Assembly (NCBI GenBank): GCA_965228475.1
Contig: OZ245817.1
Coordinates: forward strand, 3,776,001 to 3,840,000
Source of the DNA: Myxococcota bacterium
GTDB taxonomy: Bacteria > Myxococcota_A > UBA9160 > JAFDDA01
DNA length: 64,000 nt
Reading direction: 5' to 3'
Made by a program: the position numbers and the translations under genes. This document shows, in pieces, positions 59,432 through 64,000 of this stretch (its first letter is position 1; each line of letters opens with the position of its first letter). The notes under the pieces were generated by a model that ran no database searches, was not told where the DNA came from, and saw only the letters and a program-made list of their open reading frames with translations.

Positions 59432-61450
59432 ATGCTCCTCCGCCTCGATGCCGTGGCGCGGACCCTCGGCGTCCGCACGCTCTTCCGCGACGCGTCCCTG
59501 CTCGTGAACCGCGGCGATCGGGTCGGGCTCGTCGGCGCCAACGGCGCCGGCAAGACCACGCTCCTGAAGATCGCCGCGGGCGAAGATCCGCCGGACCAGG
59601 GCCGCGTGCTCCGCGCGCGGGAATCCCGCGTCGGCATGCTGCGCCAGGAGATCGACCCCTCGGGAGACCGCAGCGTTCACGAGGAGGCCGCGACCGCCCT
59701 CGCGGAGCTCGACCGGCTCGAAGCCGAGATGCGCCGGCTCGAGGGCAAGATGGAAGAGGCCGGCCGCGAGGGCCGCGACGTCCCCCCGGAGGTGGCCGAA
59801 CGCTGGGACCGCGCCCGCGCCGCCTTCGAGTTCGGCGGCGGCTTCGAGCGCGAAGCCCGCGTCGATCGCGTGCTCGACGGGCTCGGCTTCGACGCCGCGC
59901 GCCGCGCACGGCCCCTCTCCTCCTTCAGCGGCGGCTGGCTCATGCGGGTCGAGCTCGCCAAGCTGCTGCTGGCCTCGCCGGACGTCCTCCTGCTCGACGA
60001 GCCGACGAACCACCTCGACATCCCCTCCATCCAGTGGTTCGAGGAGACCCTCGACGCCTTTCGCGGCGCCGTCGTCCTGATCTCCCACGACCGCGCCTTC
60101 CTGCGCCGCCAGACCACGCGCATCGCCGAGCTCGAGAATGCGCGGCTCACGGTCTACGAATCGGGCTACGACCGCTACCTGACCCTGAAGGCGGAACGCC
60201 GCGAGCAGCTCCTCGCGGCGCAGAAGAACCAGGAGCGCGAGATCGCGCACACCGAACGCTTCATCGAGCGCTTCCGCTACAAGGCGAAGAAGGCGACCCA
60301 GGTCCAGAGCCGGGTCAAGAAGCTCGAGAAGATGGAGCGCATCGTGGTGGAGGACGAGGTCCGCCGTGCGATGCGTCTGCGCATTCCCCAGCCCGAGCGC
60401 GCGGGCGAATCGATCCTGCGCATGACGGGGATCCACAAGCGCTACGGCGAGACGCGCGTCTACGACGGGATCGACTTCCTCGTCCGCCGCGGCGAGCGGG
60501 TGGCGCTGGTCGGACCGAACGGCGCGGGCAAGTCGACGCTCCTGCGCATCGCGGCCGGCGTGCTCGACTTCGAGGAAGGCTCGCGCGAGCTCGGACACAA
60601 GGTGCAGGTCGCCTTCTACGGCCAGCACCAGCTCGAGGAGCTCGATACGAGCCAGACCGTGATCGGCGAGCTCGAGACCATGGCGCGCTTCGACGACCAC
60701 GCGCGCCTGCGCGGCCACCTCGGCGCGTTCCTCTTCTCGGGCGAAGACGTCGACAAGAAGGTCTCGGTGCTCTCGGGCGGCGAGAAGGCCCGGCTCGCCC
60801 TCGCCAAGATGCTCCTGCGCCCGACGAACTTCCTCATCCTCGACGAGCCGACCAACCACCTCGACGTGGTCGCCTGCGAGGTGCTCGAAGAGGCGCTCGG
60901 GAGCTACGAGGGGACGCTCCTGTTCATCTCCCACGACCGGACCCTGATCGACGCCATCGCGACGAAGGTGGTCGAGGTGAAGGACGGACGCCTCGACGAG
61001 TTCATGGGCACCTACACCGAATGGGCCAACCGCATGGCCGGCGAGGGGCTCGTCGACCGCGCGGCGGATGCGCCCACGGCCAAGGGGAAGACGAAGGCAG
61101 AAGGGACGGAGGACGACGCCGGCGCCGTTCCGCCCGAGCCGAAGGCTCCGCCCCGGAGCAAGGCCGAACGGATCGCCGAGCGCGAACGCGAGAAGGAGGT
61201 GAAGCGGCGCCTCTCCCGCGCACGCAAGAAGCTCGCGGCCCTCGAAGAGGACATCGCCGCCGGCGAAGCGCACGTCGAAGCCCTCGGCCATCGCCTCGGC
61301 GACCCGGCGGTCTACAAGGACGGCGAAGCCGTCCGCACCCTCGAAGCGGAACGCAGCGAGAAGCAGACGGAGATCGACGCGAACTATCGCGATTGGGAGC
61401 GCGTCGCCGCGGAGATCGAGGTGCTGGAGCGAAGCCAGCAAGAGGCATGA
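59432..61450 (+). CDS. ABC-F family ATPase (Uup/YheS-like)
   Basis: Two ABC cassettes (GANGAGKT, FSGGW, DEPTNHLD; GPNGAGKS, LSGGE), interdomain linker, C-terminal coiled coil, no TM segments. Confidence 0.9.
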   Translation: MLLRLDAVARTLGVRTLFRDASLLVNRGDRVGLVGANGAGKTTLLKIAAGEDPPDQGRVLRARESRVGMLRQEIDPSGDRSVHEEAATALAELDRLEAEMRRLEGKMEEAGREGRDVPPEVAERWDRARAAFEFGGGFEREARVDRVLDGLGFDAARRARPLSSFSGGWLMRVELAKLLLASPDVLLLDEPTNHLDIPSIQWFEETLDAFRGAVVLISHDRAFLRRQTTRIAELENARLTVYESGYDRYLTLKAERREQLLAAQKNQEREIAHTERFIERFRYKAKKATQVQSRVKKLEKMERIVVEDEVRRAMRLRIPQPERAGESILRMTGIHKRYGETRVYDGIDFLVRRGERVALVGPNGAGKSTLLRIAAGVLDFEEGSRELGHKVQVAFYGQHQLEELDTSQTVIGELETMARFDDHARLRGHLGAFLFSGEDVDKKVSVLSGGEKARLALAKMLLRPTNFLILDEPTNHLDVVACEVLEEALGSYEGTLLFISHDRTLIDAIATKVVEVKDGRLDEFMGTYTEWANRMAGEGLVDRAADAPTAKGKTKAEGTEDDAGAVPPEPKAPPRSKAERIAEREREKEVKRRLSRARKKLAALEEDIAAGEAHVEALGHRLGDPAVYKDGEAVRTLEAERSEKQTEIDANYRDWERVAAEIEVLERSQQEA

Positions 61451-62337
61451 GACGCCCGGCTTCGGACTGGCTGATGCTGCTCGCGCTCGTCGCGATCTGG
61501 GGAACGGCGTTCCTGGTCATCGACGTTGCGGTCGAGACCGTTCCGGCGCTGTCCGTGGCGGCCGGCCGGATCGTCTCGGCGGCCGCCCTGCTCGCCGTCG
61601 TGCTGCCGCTCTCGGGCCGCCGCCTGCCCCGCGGCCGCATCTGGTGGCACTTCCTCGCCCTCGCGCTCGTCGGAAACTGCCTGCCCTTCTTCCTGATCAG
61701 CTGGGGCCAGGAACGGATCGAGAGCGGGCTCGCCGGCGTCCTGATGGGAATCATGCCGCTCTCGACGCTCGTGCTCGCGCACCTCTTCGTCCCCGGCGAG
61801 GGGCTCACGCGGCGGAGCGCCGTCGGCTTCCTGCTCGGCTTCTCGGGCGTCGTCGTCCTGACCGGGCCGGAGGCGCTGCTCGAACTCGGCGGGAGCGCCA
61901 ACGACCTGGTCCGCCAGCTCGCGGTCCTCGCGGGCGCCGTCTGCTACGCCGTGAACGCGATCCTCACCCGGCACCTTCCGGAGACCGACGCCATCACGGC
62001 CTCGACCGCGACGCTGCTCCTCGCCTCCCTCGTGATCGGCCCGGCTTCCTGGTTCATCGACGCGCCCCACCGGCTGCCCCTCGACGCCGTCGACGTCGCC
62101 GCCCTGCTCTGGCTCGGCGTCGTCACGACCGCCGGCGCGACGATCATCTACTTCCGCCTCGTCGCCTCGGCGGGGCCGACGTTCTTCTCGTACATCAACT
62201 TCCTGATTCCGATCGTGGCCCTCGCCTGCGGCGTGATCTTCCGCGGGGAGAGCGCGGGGCCGGGCGTCCTGCTCGCCCTCAGCCTCGTCCTCGCCGGCCT
62301 GGCGATCAGCCAATCACGCCCGGCAGCCGCCGGCTAG
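61447..62337 (+). CDS. DMT/EamA family transporter
   Basis: About 10 TM segments in two EamA repeats (IWGTAF, ESGLAG); ATGA overlap with the ABC-F gene. Confidence 0.87.
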   Translation: MRRPASDWLMLLALVAIWGTAFLVIDVAVETVPALSVAAGRIVSAAALLAVVLPLSGRRLPRGRIWWHFLALALVGNCLPFFLISWGQERIESGLAGVLMGIMPLSTLVLAHLFVPGEGLTRRSAVGFLLGFSGVVVLTGPEALLELGGSANDLVRQLAVLAGAVCYAVNAILTRHLPETDAITASTATLLLASLVIGPASWFIDAPHRLPLDAVDVAALLWLGVVTTAGATIIYFRLVASAGPTFFSYINFLIPIVALACGVIFRGESAGPGVLLALSLVLAGLAISQSRPAAAG

Positions 62338-62357
62338 CCGCCGGCTACACTATGAAG

Positions 62358-62507
62358 ATGGCAACGCCGAGCATCCAGTCGACCCGGCCCGCCGCCTGCG
62401 TGGTGCCGCGCCCGGCGCGCGAGATGTCGCGCCGGGGGCTCCTCTGGCTCGCGGGCACCTACGCGCTGCTCTTCGGGGCCGCGGCCCTCCACCACGTCCT
62501 CGGATAG
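62358..62507 (+). CDS. candidate small single-TM protein (about 49 aa)
   Basis: Fills the intergenic gap, TACACT 6 nt upstream of the ATG, C-terminal hydrophobic helix GLLWLAGTYALLFGAAALHHVLG. Confidence 0.45.
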   Translation: MATPSIQSTRPAACVVPRPAREMSRRGLLWLAGTYALLFGAAALHHVLG

Positions 62508-62515
62508 CGCCGCGC

Positions 62516-64000
62516 CTACGGCTGCGCGTCCACCCAGCCCTCGACGACGCGCGCGAGGACCTCGAGGGGCAACCCCCCGTTGCCGAGGACGACGTCGTGG
62601 AAGGCGCGCAGGTCGAAGCGGCTCCCGAGCTCTTCGCGGGTCTGATCCCGAAGTCCGAGGATCTGGAGCTGCCCGATCTTGTAGGCGCAGGCCTGGCCGG
62701 GCATGACGATGTAGCGGTCGATCTCGGCCTGGACCTCGACCGGCGGCTGGCCGGTGTTGTCGACCATGTACTCGAAGGCCTGCTTTCGCGTCCAACGCTT
62801 GGCGTGAAGACCGGTGTCCACCACGAGCCGCACGGCGCGGAAGAGTTCGGCCTGGTAGGCCCCGAGGCGATCTTCGGGCGTCGGGTGGAAGCCCTCCTCG
62901 AGTGCGAGCCGCTCCGCGTAGAGGGCCCAGCCTTCGATGAAGGCCGTGAAGGGGATGATGCGCCGGAAGAACGGCAGTTCCTCCTGCTCGAAGGCCAGGG
63001 CGAGCTGCAGGTGATGGCCCGGCACCGCCTCGTGATAGGTCAGCGTGCGCATGCCGAGCTTCTGGACTTCGGCCGGGTCGCGCAGGTTCGCGTAGAACGT
63101 GCCCGGCCGGGAGCCGTCGAAGGACGGCGGGTTGTAGTAGGCGGCCGCCGAGCCGGTCTCCTTGAAGGGCGGCACGCGCTCGATGGAGACCGGCGCCTCG
63201 GGCAGCCGGCCGAAGAACTCGGGCATGCGCGCCTCCGCCTCGCGCGCGATGGCCCGGAAGTCCTCGAGGATCCGTTCGCGCGCGCCCTCGGTGTCCTCGT
63301 ACACGGCCCCCGGCTGCGCGGCGAGCTCCGCCAGGGCCGCGACGGGGTCTTCGACCTCCTGGCCGAGCTCGCGGAAGGCATCGGTCATCGCGCCGCGGAT
63401 GCGCGCGACCTCCGCGAGGCCGAGTTCGTGCACTTCGTCGGGCGAGAGATCCGTCGAGGTGTGCCAGCGCAGCGCCCAGCGGTAGTAGGCGTCGCCATCG
63501 GGGAGCTTCCAGACGCCGTCGTCGTCCGTGGCCCGGGTCCGCTGGTCGTCGAGCACCTCCGCGAGGCGGCGGTAGGCGGGCACGACGACCTCCGCGATGG
63601 CGGCCTTCGATCGGCCGAGCAGCGCTTCGCGCTCCGCCTCGGAGACCCCGTCGGCCTCGGCCAGGTCGTCGGAGAAGTCCACGTAGACCGGGTTCTCCTC
63701 CGCCGAACCCGAGACGAACCCTTCGATCTCCTCGAGCACGGCCTCGAACACGAAGCGCGGCGGCAGGACGCCGAGCGACTCGCGATGCCGCAGGTCCTCG
63801 ATGAGCTGGTCGAAGGCCACGCCGACCTTCTCGAGGCGCGCGACGTGGTTCTCGGCGTCGTCCACGTCTTCGACCGTGTGGATGTTCATCATGAAATCGG
63901 GCAGCGAGCTCTGGACGCCGTCGAACTGGTTCACCGGGTAGCCGTGGAACCGGAAGGGCCGCCCGGCCTGGCGCGTCTCGAGGAACCAGGCCATGACGTC
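62516..64000 (-). CDS. DUF885 family protein (5' end outside the window)
   Basis: HELGLAEV, HEAVPGHHLQ, AFIEGWALYAE, RLVVDTGLH, PGQACAYKIG, FHDVVL. Confidence 0.88.
   Translation of the reverse strand, partial: DVMAWFLETRQAGRPFRFHGYPVNQFDGVQSSLPDFMMNIHTVEDVDDAENHVARLEKVGVAFDQLIEDLRHRESLGVLPPRFVFEAVLEEIEGFVSGSAEENPVYVDFSDDLAEADGVSEAEREALLGRSKAAIAEVVVPAYRRLAEVLDDQRTRATDDDGVWKLPDGDAYYRWALRWHTSTDLSPDEVHELGLAEVARIRGAMTDAFRELGQEVEDPVAALAELAAQPGAVYEDTEGARERILEDFRAIAREAEARMPEFFGRLPEAPVSIERVPPFKETGSAAAYYNPPSFDGSRPGTFYANLRDPAEVQKLGMRTLTYHEAVPGHHLQLALAFEQEELPFFRRIIPFTAFIEGWALYAERLALEEGFHPTPEDRLGAYQAELFRAVRLVVDTGLHAKRWTRKQAFEYMVDNTGQPPVEVQAEIDRYIVMPGQACAYKIGQLQILGLRDQTREELGSRFDLRAFHDVVLGNGGLPLEVLARVVEGWVDAQP

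Noticed and set aside
59432..61450. Antibiotic-resistance ABC-F
   Set aside because: The architecture matches housekeeping Uup/YheS-like factors; nothing specific supports a resistance subfamily
60034..62337. Apparent 767-aa ABC-F/EamA fusion
   Set aside because: Off-frame overlap with the ABC-F gene; EamA starts at ATG 61447

Overview
A roughly 70% GC, gene-dense chromosomal window from a diderm bacterium: it has outer-membrane porins, MsrPQ and sigma-54 promoters. A Myxococcota/deltaproteobacteria-like origin is an inference. I found no rRNA, tRNA, CRISPR array, phage or transposase. The window holds about 63 genes. Main blocks: msrPQ; two amt-glnK cassettes, only the second with a clear sigma-54 promoter and NtrC-like sites; pyk; a full Pho locus (phoU, pstSCAB, porin, phoR, phoB) with 11-bp-period PHO-like boxes; moaA divergent from an Rrf2-grxD-qor unit (qor is frameshifted); and a TetR-led beta-oxidation cluster followed by a CitE-MaoC pair. 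It also carries many actinobacterial-style lipid/steroid catabolic genes: three F420-type LLM oxidoreductases, two P450s (one CYP142-like), a BaiE-like dehydratase, and two AttH-like proteins, one paired with an APH-family kinase. The best leads are: the BaiE-like/LLM pair; a leaderless-mRNA signature at about 11 genes; an IscR-like operator shared by moaA and rrf2-grxD; a sigma-54-driven Cys-rich secreted protein of unknown function; and a DUF1302 porin / AttH-like / kinase module. All family assignments come from motif recognition, not database searches.
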